A stretch of 64,000 bases of DNA from Escherichia phage vB_EcoM_G2540, in sequence record MK327936.1. One strand, 5' to 3'. Shown here piece by piece: positions 1 through 11,309 of this stretch. Position numbers and translations under genes: made by a program. The notes beneath the pieces are model-generated. The model did not search any database. It saw only the letters and a program-made list of their open reading frames with translations, and had not been told where the DNA came from. How positions within the stretch are numbered: position 1 is the first letter of the stretch; each line of letters starts with the position of its first letter.

Positions 1-1
1 C

Positions 2-322
<321 letters not shown>

Positions 323-350
323 TATTAAAGCATATTAAAGAGGATTAAAA

Positions 351-2330
351 ATGACTTTATTATCTCCGGGCATTGAGCTCAAAGAAACTACGGTTCAAAG
401 CACCGTGGTTAATAACTCTACTGGTACAGCAGCTTTGGCCGGTAAATTCCAGTGGGGTCCTGCTTTTCAGATTAAACAGGTTACAAATGAAGTAGATTTA
501 GTTAATACTTTTGGTCAACCAACCGCTGAAACTGCTGACTATTTTATGTCTGCGATGAATTTCTTGCAGTACGGAAATGACTTACGAGTAGTTCGTGCTG
601 TTGATAGAGATACCGCTAAAAACTCATCACCAATTGCTGGTAATATTGAATACACAATTTCTACCCCAGGTAGTAACTATGCGGTTGGAGATAAAATCAC
701 GGTCAAATATGTTTCAGATGATATTGAAACTGAAGGTAAAATTACTGAAGTAGACGCAGATGGAAAAATTAAGAAAATTAATATTCCTACTGCAAAAATT
801 ATCGCTAAAGCTAAAGAAGTCGGTGAATATCCAGAATTAGGTTCTAACTGGACTGCGGAAATTTCTTCGTCTTCCTCTGGTTTAGCTGCAGTAATAACTC
901 TTGGAAAAATTATTACTGATTCTGGTATTTTATTAGCTGAAATTGAAAATGCTGAAGCTGCTATGACAGCGGTTGACTTTCAAGCAAATCTCGAAAAATA
1001 CGGAATTCCAGGAGTAGTAGCTCTTTATCCAGGCGAATTAGGCGATAAAATTGAAATTGAAATCGTATCTAAAGCTGACTATGCAAAAGGAGCTTCTGCA
1101 TTACTCCCAATTTATCCGGGCGGTGGTACTCGCGCATCTACTGCTAAAGCAGTGTTTGGATATGGACCACAAACTGATTCACAGTACGCTATTATAGTTC
1201 GTCGTAATGATGCTATTGTTCAAAGCGTTGTTCTTTCGACTAAGCGTGGTGAAAAAGATATTTACGATAGTAACATCTATATCGATGACTTTTTCGCAAA
1301 AGGCGGCTCAGAATATATTTTTGCAACTGCACAAAACTGGCCAGAAGGCTTCTCTGGAATTTTAACTCTGTCTGGTGGATTATCATCAAATGCTGAAGTA
1401 ACAGCAGGAGATTTGATGGAAGCTTGGGACTTCTTTGCTGACCGTGAATCTGTTGACGTTCAACTGTTTATTGCGGGTTCTTGTGCCGGTGAATCTTTAG
1501 AAACAGCATCTACTGTCCAAAAACACGTCGTTTCAATTGGGGATGCTCGCCAAGATTGCTTAGTATTGTGCTCACCGCCGCGTGAAACTGTAGTTGGAAT
1601 TCCTGTAACTCGTGCTGTTGATAACTTAGTCAATTGGAGAACTGCAGCAGGTTCATACACTGATAATAACTTTAATATCAGTTCAACCTATGCAGCAATT
1701 GATGGTAACTATAAGTATCAGTATGACAAATATAATGATGTGAATCGTTGGGTTCCATTAGCAGCTGATATTGCTGGTTTATGCGCAAGAACTGATAACG
1801 TATCTCAGACTTGGATGTCTCCAGCTGGTTATAATCGTGGTCAGATTCTTAACGTTATTAAACTGGCTATTGAAACTCGCCAGGCTCAGCGCGACCGTTT
1901 ATACCAAGAAGCTATCAACCCAGTAACTGGTACAGGTGGTGATGGTTACGTATTGTATGGTGATAAAACAGCTACTTCTGTTCCTTCTCCATTTGATCGT
2001 ATTAACGTTCGTCGTCTGTTTAATATGTTGAAAACGAACATCGGACGTAGTTCAAAATATCGTTTGTTCGAATTAAACAACGCGTTTACTCGTTCATCAT
2101 TCCGCACAGAAACTGCCCAGTACTTACAGGGAATTAAAGCTCTCGGTGGAATTTATGAATATCGTGTAGTTTGCGATACAACAAATAACACTCCGTCAGT
2201 AATTGATAGAAATGAGTTTGTTGCAACATTCTACATTCAACCGGCTAGAAGCATTAACTACATTACCTTGAACTTCGTAGCAACTGCTACTGGTGCAGAT
2301 TTCGATGAGTTAACTGGTCTTGCTGGTTAA
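351..2330 (+). CDS. 18: Contractile tail sheath protein gp18 (659 aa)
   Basis: 659 aa ORF, N-terminus MTLLSPGIELKETTVQSTVVNN as in T4 gp18; late promoter TATAAATA upstream; conserved position after gene 17. Confidence 0.95.
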   Translation: MTLLSPGIELKETTVQSTVVNNSTGTAALAGKFQWGPAFQIKQVTNEVDLVNTFGQPTAETADYFMSAMNFLQYGNDLRVVRAVDRDTAKNSSPIAGNIEYTISTPGSNYAVGDKITVKYVSDDIETEGKITEVDADGKIKKINIPTAKIIAKAKEVGEYPELGSNWTAEISSSSSGLAAVITLGKIITDSGILLAEIENAEAAMTAVDFQANLEKYGIPGVVALYPGELGDKIEIEIVSKADYAKGASALLPIYPGGGTRASTAKAVFGYGPQTDSQYAIIVRRNDAIVQSVVLSTKRGEKDIYDSNIYIDDFFAKGGSEYIFATAQNWPEGFSGILTLSGGLSSNAEVTAGDLMEAWDFFADRESVDVQLFIAGSCAGESLETASTVQKHVVSIGDARQDCLVLCSPPRETVVGIPVTRAVDNLVNWRTAAGSYTDNNFNISSTYAAIDGNYKYQYDKYNDVNRWVPLAADIAGLCARTDNVSQTWMSPAGYNRGQILNVIKLAIETRQAQRDRLYQEAINPVTGTGGDGYVLYGDKTATSVPSPFDRINVRRLFNMLKTNIGRSSKYRLFELNNAFTRSSFRTETAQYLQGIKALGGIYEYRVVCDTTNNTPSVIDRNEFVATFYIQPARSINYITLNFVATATGADFDELTGLAG

Positions 2331-2346
2331 TACGGTGCATTCTAAA

Positions 2347-2364
2347 GGCCTGTTTCGGCAGGCC
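2347..2364 (+). terminator. Stem-loop after gene 18
   Basis: GGCCTG-TTTCGG-CAGGCC directly downstream of the gp18 stop. Confidence 0.5.
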
Positions 2365-2365
2365 A

Positions 2366-2373
2366 TATAAATA
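2366..2373 (+). promoter_or_regulatory. Late promoter (TATAAATA) upstream of gene 19, one of two
   Basis: Exact TATAAATA immediately after the gp18 terminator hairpin; a second copy lies at 2425-2432. Confidence 0.6.
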
Positions 2374-2446
2374 CACTATATCCTTAATTCTTTAATTCTA
2401 TATGCCCTAGGTTAAACATAGGGATATAAATACTACAGAGGCTAAT

Positions 2447-2938
2447 ATGTTTGTAGATGATGTAACACGAGCGTTTGAATCTGGTGATTTTGCTCGACCT
2501 AACTTATTCCAAGTAGAAATTTCTTATCTTGGACAAAATTTTACATTCCAATGTAAAGCCACTGCTTTACCAGCTGGTATTGTAGAAAAAATTCCAGTCG
2601 GATTTATGAACCGTAAAATTAACGTAGCAGGCGATCGTACATTCGATGACTGGACTGTTACAGTAATGAACGATGAAGCTCATGATGCTCGCCAGAAGTT
2701 TGTTGATTGGCAAAGCATTGCTGCTGGTCAAGGAAACGAAATTACTGGTGGAAAACCTGCAGAGTATAAAAAGAGCGCTATTGTTCGTCAATATGCTCGT
2801 GATGCTAAAACAGTAACAAAAGAAATTGAAATTAAAGGTCTGTGGCCTACTAACGTGGGTGAACTTCAATTAGATTGGGATTCAAACAATGAAATCCAAA
2901 CCTTTGAAGTAACTCTTGCTCTCGATTATTGGGAATAA
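2447..2938 (+). CDS. 19: Tail tube protein gp19 (163 aa)
   Basis: 163 aa, matches recalled T4 gp19 sequence and size; two TATAAATA motifs upstream. Confidence 0.95.
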   Translation: MFVDDVTRAFESGDFARPNLFQVEISYLGQNFTFQCKATALPAGIVEKIPVGFMNRKINVAGDRTFDDWTVTVMNDEAHDARQKFVDWQSIAAGQGNEITGGKPAEYKKSAIVRQYARDAKTVTKEIEIKGLWPTNVGELQLDWDSNNEIQTFEVTLALDYWE

Positions 2939-2970
2939 AATGAATGGGGAGAAATCCCCATCCTGCTTAA

Positions 2971-4595
<1,625 letters not shown>

Positions 4596-4596
<1 letters not shown>

Positions 4597-4841
4597 TGGA
4601 AGGTTTAATTGAAGCTATTAAATCAAACGACCTCGTAGCCGCTCGTAAATTATTTGCTGAAGCCATGGCTGCAAGAACGATTGATTTAATTAAAGAAGAA
4701 AAAATCGCTATCGCTCGTAATTTCTTAATCGAAGGTGAAGAACCTGAAGACGAGGATGAAGATGAAGATGATGACGAAGATAGCGATGATAAAGACGACA
4801 AAAAAGACAAAGACTCTGACGAAGACGAGGATGATGAATAA
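4596..4841 (+). CDS. 67: Prohead core protein gp67 with acidic Asp/Glu-rich C-terminal tail
   Basis: 81 aa ORF; TAATG stop/start overlap with gene 20; conserved position between 20 and 21. Confidence 0.8.
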
Positions 4842-5266
4842 TGCTTCTGATCCCTGAAACTCATGAATTAGTTCTCGAGAATGTCGAAGCACTTATTCCT
4901 GAAGCACAGGGTCGCTTTGACGAATTGTCTTCTGCTTTAAATAAAGACGATATAAATACAATTGTCGAGAATATGCTTGATGATGAAACTGATTTAGCGG
5001 TTGCATTAGCTTCTATTAATGAAAATATGCCGTTAAATGAATTCATCGTTAAACATGTTTCCGCCCGTGGTGAAATTACTCGCACTAAAGACCGCAAAAC
5101 GCGTGAACGTAATGCATTTCAAACCACTGGACTGTCTAAAGCAAAACGTAGACAAATTGCTCGTAAAGCTACCAAAACGAAGATTGCCAATCCAGCAGGT
5201 CAATCTCGTGCTCAGCGTAAGCGTAAAAAAGCTCTTAAACGCCGTAAAGCATTAGGATTAAGCTAA
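4841..5266 (+). CDS. 68: Prohead core protein gp68, basic C-terminus
   Basis: 141 aa; start overlaps gp67 stop (TAATG); position between 67 and 21. Confidence 0.8.
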
Positions 5267-5904
5267 TGAATGAACCCCAATTACTAATTGAAACTTGGGG
5301 TCAACCTGGCGAAATTATTGATGGCGTACCAATGCTTGAATCTCATGATGGAAAAGACTTAGGTTTAAAACCGGGTTTATACATCGAAGGAATATTCATG
5401 CAAGCGGAAGTTGTCAATAGAAATAAACGTCTTTATCCAAAACGTATATTAGAAAAAGCGGTAAAAGACTATATTAATGAGCAAGTTTTAACTAAACAAG
5501 CTCTCGGAGAATTAAATCATCCTCCACGCGCTAATGTTGACCCAATGCAAGCCGCTATCATTATAGAAGATATGTGGTGGAAAGGAAATGACGTATACGG
5601 ACGAGCTCGTGTTATTGAAGGTGACCATGGTCCTGGAGATAAATTAGCAGCTAATATTCGTGCCGGATGGATTCCAGGAGTTTCTTCTCGTGGATTAGGT
5701 TCATTGACTGACACAAATAAAGGTTATCGTATCGTAAACGAAGGATTCAAATTAACTGTAGGTGTTGATGCAGTATGGGGTCCAAGTGCTCCAGATGCAT
5801 GGGTAACTCCTAAGGAAATTACCGAATCACAGACGGCGGAAGCCGATACAAGTGCCGATGACGCCTATATGGCTCTCGCAGAGGCCATGAAAAAAGCGTT
5901 ATAA
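5266..5904 (+). CDS. 21: Prohead core scaffold protein and maturation protease gp21 (212 aa)
   Basis: 212 aa, size and position as T4 gp21; start overlaps gp68 stop. Confidence 0.9.
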   Translation: MNEPQLLIETWGQPGEIIDGVPMLESHDGKDLGLKPGLYIEGIFMQAEVVNRNKRLYPKRILEKAVKDYINEQVLTKQALGELNHPPRANVDPMQAAIIIEDMWWKGNDVYGRARVIEGDHGPGDKLAANIRAGWIPGVSSRGLGSLTDTNKGYRIVNEGFKLTVGVDAVWGPSAPDAWVTPKEITESQTAEADTSADDAYMALAEAMKKAL

Positions 5905-5934
5905 ATATTATTATCTAAACAACAGGACTACAAA

Positions 5935-6744
5935 ATGCTTAAAGAACAACTGATTGCCGAAGCGCAGAAAATTGATGCTTCCGTTGCTCTTGATAGTATT
6001 TTCGAATCAGTTAATATTTCTCCGGAAGCAAAAGAAACTTTCGGCACTGTATTCGAAGCTACCGTCAAGCAGCACGCCGTTAAATTAGCTGAATCTCATA
6101 TCGCTAAAATTGCTGAAAAAGCAGAAGAAGAAGTAGAAAAAAATAAAGAAGAAGCCGAAGAAAAAGCTGAGAAGAAAATCGCTGAGCAAGCTTCTAAATT
6201 CATTGACCATCTTGCAAAAGAATGGCTCGCTGAAAATAAATTAGCAGTTGATAAAGGCATCAAAGCCGAACTGTTTGAATCCATGCTTGGTGGATTAAAA
6301 GAGCTCTTTGTTGAACACAACGTTGTTGTTCCAGAAGAATCAGTTGATGTTGTAGCTGAAATGGAAGAAGAGCTGCAAGAACATAAAGAAGAATCAGCTC
6401 GTCTGTTCGAAGAACTCAATAAGCGTGACGCATATATCAATTATGTGCAGCGTGAAGTGGCATTGAGCGAAAGTACTAAAGATCTGACTGAGTCTCAAAA
6501 AGAAAAAGTCTCTGCTCTGGTCGAAGGTATGGATTATTCAGATGCATTCTCAAGTAAATTGAGTGCAATCGTAGAAATGGTGAAGAAATCTAATAAAGAT
6601 GAAAGCACTATTACTGAGAGTATAAATACTCCTGATACTGAAGCAGCCGGACTGAATTTCGTCACTGAAGCTGTAGAAGATAAAGCTGCACAAGGTGCAG
6701 AAGATATTGTAAGTGTATATGCGAAAGTCGCATCTCGTTTCTAA
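5935..6744 (+). CDS. 22: Major prohead scaffolding core protein gp22 (269 aa)
   Basis: 269 aa, Glu/Lys-rich coiled-coil composition; late promoter TATAAATA at 5900-5907. Confidence 0.9.
   Translation: MLKEQLIAEAQKIDASVALDSIFESVNISPEAKETFGTVFEATVKQHAVKLAESHIAKIAEKAEEEVEKNKEEAEEKAEKKIAEQASKFIDHLAKEWLAENKLAVDKGIKAELFESMLGGLKELFVEHNVVVPEESVDVVAEMEEELQEHKEESARLFEELNKRDAYINYVQREVALSESTKDLTESQKEKVSALVEGMDYSDAFSSKLSAIVEMVKKSNKDESTITESINTPDTEAAGLNFVTEAVEDKAAQGAEDIVSVYAKVASRF
6621..6628 (+). promoter_or_regulatory. Candidate late promoter for gene 23 located inside gene 22
   Basis: Exact TATAAATA about 135 nt upstream of the gene 23 start. Confidence 0.4.
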
Positions 6745-6762
6745 TTTTAAAGGTTAACACAA

Positions 6763-8328
6763 ATGACTATCAAAACTAAAGCTGAACTTTTGAACAAATG
6801 GAAGCCATTACTGGAAGGTGAAGGTTTACCGGAAATTGCTAATAGCAAACAAGCGATTATCGCTAAAATCTTTGAAAACCAGGAAAAAGATTTCCAGACA
6901 GCTCCGGAATATAAAGACGAAAAAATTGCTCAGGCATTTGGTTCTTTCTTAACAGAAGCTGAAATCGGCGGTGACCATGGTTACAATGCTACTAACATCG
7001 CTGCAGGTCAGACTTCTGGCGCAGTAACTCAGATTGGCCCAGCTGTTATGGGTATGGTACGTCGTGCTATTCCTAACCTGATTGCTTTCGATATTTGTGG
7101 TGTTCAGCCGATGAACAGCCCGACTGGCCAGGTATTCGCATTGCGTGCAGTATATGGTAAAGACCCAGTGGCTGCCGGTGCTAAAGAAGCATTCCACCCA
7201 ATGTATGGTCCAGATGCAATGTTCTCTGGTCAGGGTGCTGCTAAGAAATTCCCAGCTCTGGCTGCTAGCACACAAACCGTTGTAGGTGATATCTATACTC
7301 ACTTCTTCCAGGAAACTGGTACTGTGTATCTGCAAGCTTCCGCTGTAGTAACAATCGATGCTGGTGCGACTGATGCTGCTAAATTAGATGCTGAAATTAA
7401 GAAACAAATGGAAGCTGGTGCACTGGTAGAAATCGCTGAAGGTATGGCTACTTCTATCGCTGAACTCCAGGAAGGTTTCAACGGTTCTACCGATAACCCA
7501 TGGAATGAAATGGGCTTCCGTATCGATAAACAAGTTATCGAAGCTAAATCTCGTCAGCTGAAAGCTGCTTACTCTATCGAATTAGCACAAGACCTCCGCG
7601 CTGTTCACGGTATGGATGCTGATGCTGAACTGTCTGGTATTCTGGCTACAGAAATTATGCTGGAAATCAACCGTGAAGTTGTTGATTGGATTAACTACTC
7701 AGCACAGGTTGGTAAATCTGGTATGACCCTGACTCCGGGTTCTAAAGCTGGTGTATTTGACTTCCAGGACCCAATCGATATTCGTGGTGCTCGCTGGGCA
7801 GGTGAATCCTTTAAAGCTCTGTTGTTCCAGATTGACAAAGAAGCAGTTGAAATTGCTCGTCAGACTGGTCGCGGCGAAGGTAACTTCATTATCGCTTCCC
7901 GTAACGTAGTTAACGTTTTGGCTTCAGTTGATACCGGCATTTCTTATGCTGCACAGGGTCTGGCTACCGGCTTCAACACTGATACTACCAAGTCAGTATT
8001 TGCTGGTGTTCTGGGTGGTAAATACCGTGTATATATCGACCAGTATGCTAAGCAGGATTATTTCACTGTAGGTTATAAAGGTCCGAACGAAATGGATGCT
8101 GGTATTTACTATGCTCCATATGTAGCTCTGACTCCGCTGCGTGGTTCCGATCCGAAGAACTTCCAACCGGTAATGGGATTCAAAACTCGTTACGGTATCG
8201 GTATCAACCCATTTGCAGAATCCGCTGCTCAGGCTCCGGCTTCTCGCATCCAGAGCGGTATGCCTTCTATTCTGAATAGCCTTGGTAAAAACGCTTACTT
8301 CCGCCGTGTATATGTTAAAGGTATCTAA
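6763..8328 (+). CDS. 23: Major capsid protein gp23 (521 aa)
   Basis: 521 aa; N-terminus MTIKTKAELLNKWKPLLEGEGLPEIANSKQAII matches T4 gp23. Confidence 0.97.
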   Translation: MTIKTKAELLNKWKPLLEGEGLPEIANSKQAIIAKIFENQEKDFQTAPEYKDEKIAQAFGSFLTEAEIGGDHGYNATNIAAGQTSGAVTQIGPAVMGMVRRAIPNLIAFDICGVQPMNSPTGQVFALRAVYGKDPVAAGAKEAFHPMYGPDAMFSGQGAAKKFPALAASTQTVVGDIYTHFFQETGTVYLQASAVVTIDAGATDAAKLDAEIKKQMEAGALVEIAEGMATSIAELQEGFNGSTDNPWNEMGFRIDKQVIEAKSRQLKAAYSIELAQDLRAVHGMDADAELSGILATEIMLEINREVVDWINYSAQVGKSGMTLTPGSKAGVFDFQDPIDIRGARWAGESFKALLFQIDKEAVEIARQTGRGEGNFIIASRNVVNVLASVDTGISYAAQGLATGFNTDTTKSVFAGVLGGKYRVYIDQYAKQDYFTVGYKGPNEMDAGIYYAPYVALTPLRGSDPKNFQPVMGFKTRYGIGINPFAESAAQAPASRIQSGMPSILNSLGKNAYFRRVYVKGI

Positions 8329-8343
8329 TCTTTGACGATTTAA

Positions 8344-8359
8344 GGGACCTTCGGGTCCC
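8344..8359 (+). terminator. Stem-loop after gene 23
   Basis: GGGACC-TTCG-GGTCCC followed by TTTAGTTGTTTTT. Confidence 0.7.
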
Positions 8360-8411
8360 TTTAGTTGTTTTTATGGTATAAATAAATCATATAAACCAAA
8401 AGGAAAGCGCA

Positions 8412-9695
8412 ATGGCTAAAATCAACGAACTTCTGCGCGAATCAACCACAACGAATAGCAACTCAATCGGTCGCCCAAATCTCGTTGCTTTGACTCGCGC
8501 TACCACTAAATTAATATATTCTGACATTGTAGCAACGCAAAGAACTAATCAACCTGTTGCTGCTTTTTATGGTATCAAATACCTTAACCCAGACAACGAA
8601 TTTACATTTAAAACTGGTGCTACTTACGCTGGCGAAGCTGGATATGTAGACCGAGAACAAATCACAGAATTAACAGAAGAGTCTAAATTAACTCTCAATA
8701 AAGGCGATTTATTCAAATATAATAACATCGTTTATAAAGTATTAGAAGATACTCCATTCGCTGATATTGAAGAAAGCGACTTAGAGTTAGCTCTTCAGAT
8801 TGCAATTGTTCTTTTAAAGGTTCGTCTATTTTCTGACGCAGCGTCAACAAGCAAATTTGAAAGCTCTGATAGCGAAATTGCGGATGCTAGATTTCAGATT
8901 AATAAATGGCAAACCGCGGTTAAATCTCGTAAACTTAAAACTGGTATCACAGTTGAATTAGCGCAAGATTTAGAAGCAAATGGATTCGATGCTCCTAATT
9001 TCTTGGAAGATTTGCTTGCAACTGAAATGGCAGATGAAATCAATAAAGACATTCTGCAGTCTTTGATTACAGTGTCAAAACGCTATAAAGTTACAGGAAT
9101 TACTGATAGTGGATTCATCGATTTGAGTTATGCATCTGCTCCTGAAGCTGGTCGTTCATTATACCGAATGGTATGTGAAATGGTTTCGCATATCCAAAAA
9201 GAATCAACTTATACAGCAACGTTCTGTGTTGCTTCAGCTCGTGCCGCTGCGATTCTTGCTGCATCAGGTTGGTTAAAACATAAACCAGAAGATGATAAAT
9301 ATCTTTCACAAAATGCCTATGGGTTCTTAGCTAATGGTTTACCGCTTTATTGCGATACTAACAGCCCATTAGATTATGTAATCGTTGGCGTAGTAGAAAA
9401 TATCGGTGAAAAAGAAATTGTTGGATCAATTTTCTATGCTCCGTATACAGAAGGTCTCGACTTAGATGACCCTGAACATGTAGGTGCATTTAAAGTTGTG
9501 GTTGATCCAGAAAGCTTACAACCGTCTATCGGTTTATTAGTTAGATATGCTTTATCTGCAAATCCTTACACCGTAGCAAAAGATGAAAAAGAAGCAAGAA
9601 TAATTGACGGTGGAGACATGGATAAAATGGCGGGTCGTTCAGATTTGTCTGTTTTATTAGGTGTTAAATTACCAAAAATTATTATTGATGAATAA
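8412..9695 (+). CDS. 24: Capsid vertex protein gp24 (427 aa)
   Basis: 427 aa, gp23-like fold paralog at conserved position; late promoter at 8377-8384. Confidence 0.95.
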   Translation: MAKINELLRESTTTNSNSIGRPNLVALTRATTKLIYSDIVATQRTNQPVAAFYGIKYLNPDNEFTFKTGATYAGEAGYVDREQITELTEESKLTLNKGDLFKYNNIVYKVLEDTPFADIEESDLELALQIAIVLLKVRLFSDAASTSKFESSDSEIADARFQINKWQTAVKSRKLKTGITVELAQDLEANGFDAPNFLEDLLATEMADEINKDILQSLITVSKRYKVTGITDSGFIDLSYASAPEAGRSLYRMVCEMVSHIQKESTYTATFCVASARAAAILAASGWLKHKPEDDKYLSQNAYGFLANGLPLYCDTNSPLDYVIVGVVENIGEKEIVGSIFYAPYTEGLDLDDPEHVGAFKVVVDPESLQPSIGLLVRYALSANPYTVAKDEKEARIIDGGDMDKMAGRSDLSVLLGVKLPKIIIDE

Positions 9696-9700
9696 AGCAA

Positions 9701-9718
9701 AGGGACCGAAAGGTCCCT
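9701..9718. terminator. Bidirectional stem-loop between convergent gene 24 and rnlB
   Basis: AGGGACC-GAAA-GGTCCCT flanked by A-run upstream and T-run downstream. Confidence 0.7.
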
Positions 9719-9724
9719 TTTTAT

Positions 9725-10729
9725 TTAGCTCACCAACTCAATCCAAGCTGGACGAAGTACATCTTGTACCATTTTAACTAATTCCTTTTTAATCAAAGAA
9801 GGATTATCTGCTTGAGTTAGAGTAATACCTTCACGAGAAGTTTCTTCCAAAATATCTTGAACAGTTAGCCCCATCACCTTTCCAAAATCTTTAGGACCAA
9901 TTTCGCCAATTTTAGAAATAACGTTATTTACTCGGTTCAGTGTAACGTAACAAGCTAAAATTCCCACCAATTTGTTATCAGCTTCTGATAGCTCAACTTT
10001 AGCTTTAATAGGCTTATCAGACTTTTTCTTTTCACTAAATTTGGAATTCTTGCATTTAATTGCTACACGATTTCCATTACGAAGCCAAGAAGGATAACAA
10101 GGTTTCAATACATATCCTTCAGCGGTAAATACTTCGCCTTTTGCTTCGGCATTCCAAACGCATTTATTTGCATCAACTAATCCAGCATGGTCTACTGTAA
10201 AATTATAATCTTGGACGACAGAATCTAAATCATTTGGCAATTTAATAAGCTCTTCAAATTTACCGCGACCTAAAAGTTGAGCCATTTTAAATTTAAATGT
10301 ATTGCAGAATGATTCCATCATATAATCGTCGACATAAGTCACATCACCACTTTCTGTAGTGACAATAATGTCAAATACATAAAAATCTTTATCGCCATAA
10401 TCGACATTCTTCTGAATGCCAGGTCCAGCGAATTCGCCAAAGACTTGATAAGATACAACCGCTGAAGTTTCCATAATATCTTGCACTGCTTTAATGGAAT
10501 CAGCGTAATTCTTTAGAATAATTTCATACCCAAAGAAATCTTCAGCAGGAAGAATAGGACCAGTACGTTTAGCGCAAGTCACTTTATCACGCTCAATAAT
10601 CAACGAGAAATTTGTGCCGTGAATCTTTTCACGAGCTACCCATTCGCCGCCAGTCAATCCCAAGCTGTAAAGTTTTTCAATAAATTTAGAGTTGTAATGA
10701 TTTTCAAGACTGCTATACTTTTTAAACAT
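9725..10729 (-). CDS. rnlB: RNA ligase 2 (Rnl2, gp24.1), 334 aa
   Basis: 334 aa; ligase adenylation motif context [10 protein letters not shown] (KxHG/KxDG-type) near N-terminus; matches recalled T4 Rnl2. Confidence 0.9.
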   Translation of the reverse strand: MFKKYSSLENHYNSKFIEKLYSLGLTGGEWVAREKIHGTNFSLIIERDKVTCAKRTGPILPAEDFFGYEIILKNYADSIKAVQDIMETSAVVSYQVFGEFAGPGIQKNVDYGDKDFYVFDIIVTTESGDVTYVDDYMMESFCNTFKFKMAQLLGRGKFEELIKLPNDLDSVVQDYNFTVDHAGLVDANKCVWNAEAKGEVFTAEGYVLKPCYPSWLRNGNRVAIKCKNSKFSEKKKSDKPIKAKVELSEADNKLVGILACYVTLNRVNNVISKIGEIGPKDFGKVMGLTVQDILEETSREGITLTQADNPSLIKKELVKMVQDVLRPAWIELVS

Positions 10730-10738
10730 AATTAATCC

Positions 10739-11017
10739 TCAAAATGTAATTTCTAACCAATCACCATCACGCTGATCACTATTGACTTTAAAGCTAAATC
10801 CTTCTTTTCTAAGCCAATCACCAATTTCTTCAGTAATCAATTTATCGCGAGCAGTACAATAATAACTAAAATGTGTTTTACCTTGTTCAGCTGCTTTATT
10901 AGCAAGTTCCGAAAAATCTTTAATAAAACACTCTAGCTTAAACTGTTTACTTTTAAGTGCTTTTTCGCGTAATTGATTAGCAAAAGATTCATTTTCATAA
11001 AGATCATACTGTTCCAT
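10739..11017 (-). CDS. Hypothetical protein (T4 24.2 position)
   Basis: 92 aa ORF with ATG start, tightly packed between rnlB and next ORF. Confidence 0.55.
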   Translation of the reverse strand: MEQYDLYENESFANQLREKALKSKQFKLECFIKDFSELANKAAEQGKTHFSYYCTARDKLITEEIGDWLRKEGFSFKVNSDQRDGDWLEITF

Positions 11018-11219
11018 TTTTCACCTTTTTATTGATATGTCTTTTTCTATAGACAACTTTTTCTCGAGTTTCAAACTTATTCTTAGCAGTCATAGCTCGA
11101 GCCCATAATACAGCTACTTCTTTCGCCTGTAAGTTTAATTCACGAGCAATTTCAATGAATGACTTTCCAGACTCATGAAGAGTAAACACCACAACCTCAG
11201 TTCTCATAATCAATCTCAT
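11004..11219 (-). CDS. Hypothetical small basic protein (T4 24.3 position)
   Basis: 71 aa ORF, basic C-terminus; overlaps downstream ORF by 14 nt. Confidence 0.5.
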   Translation of the reverse strand: MRLIMRTEVVVFTLHESGKSFIEIARELNLQAKEVAVLWARAMTAKNKFETREKVVYRKRHINKKVKNGTV

Positions 11220-11309
11220 GTTATCGAGTTGGTGCCATTATATACATCATTTTCTGAGTGTGTTTTGTGTGCTTTCAAAATGAAGAAAGGGGGCCGAAGC
11301 CCCTTATGA

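Noticed and set aside
1460-1660. 66-aa minus-strand ORF inside gene 18
   Set aside because: Lies entirely within a confidently assigned coding gene on the opposite strand; the same applies to similar antisense ORFs inside genes 19, 20, 21, 22, 23, 24, 29, 34, 36, 37, nrdA, nrdB and gene 32.
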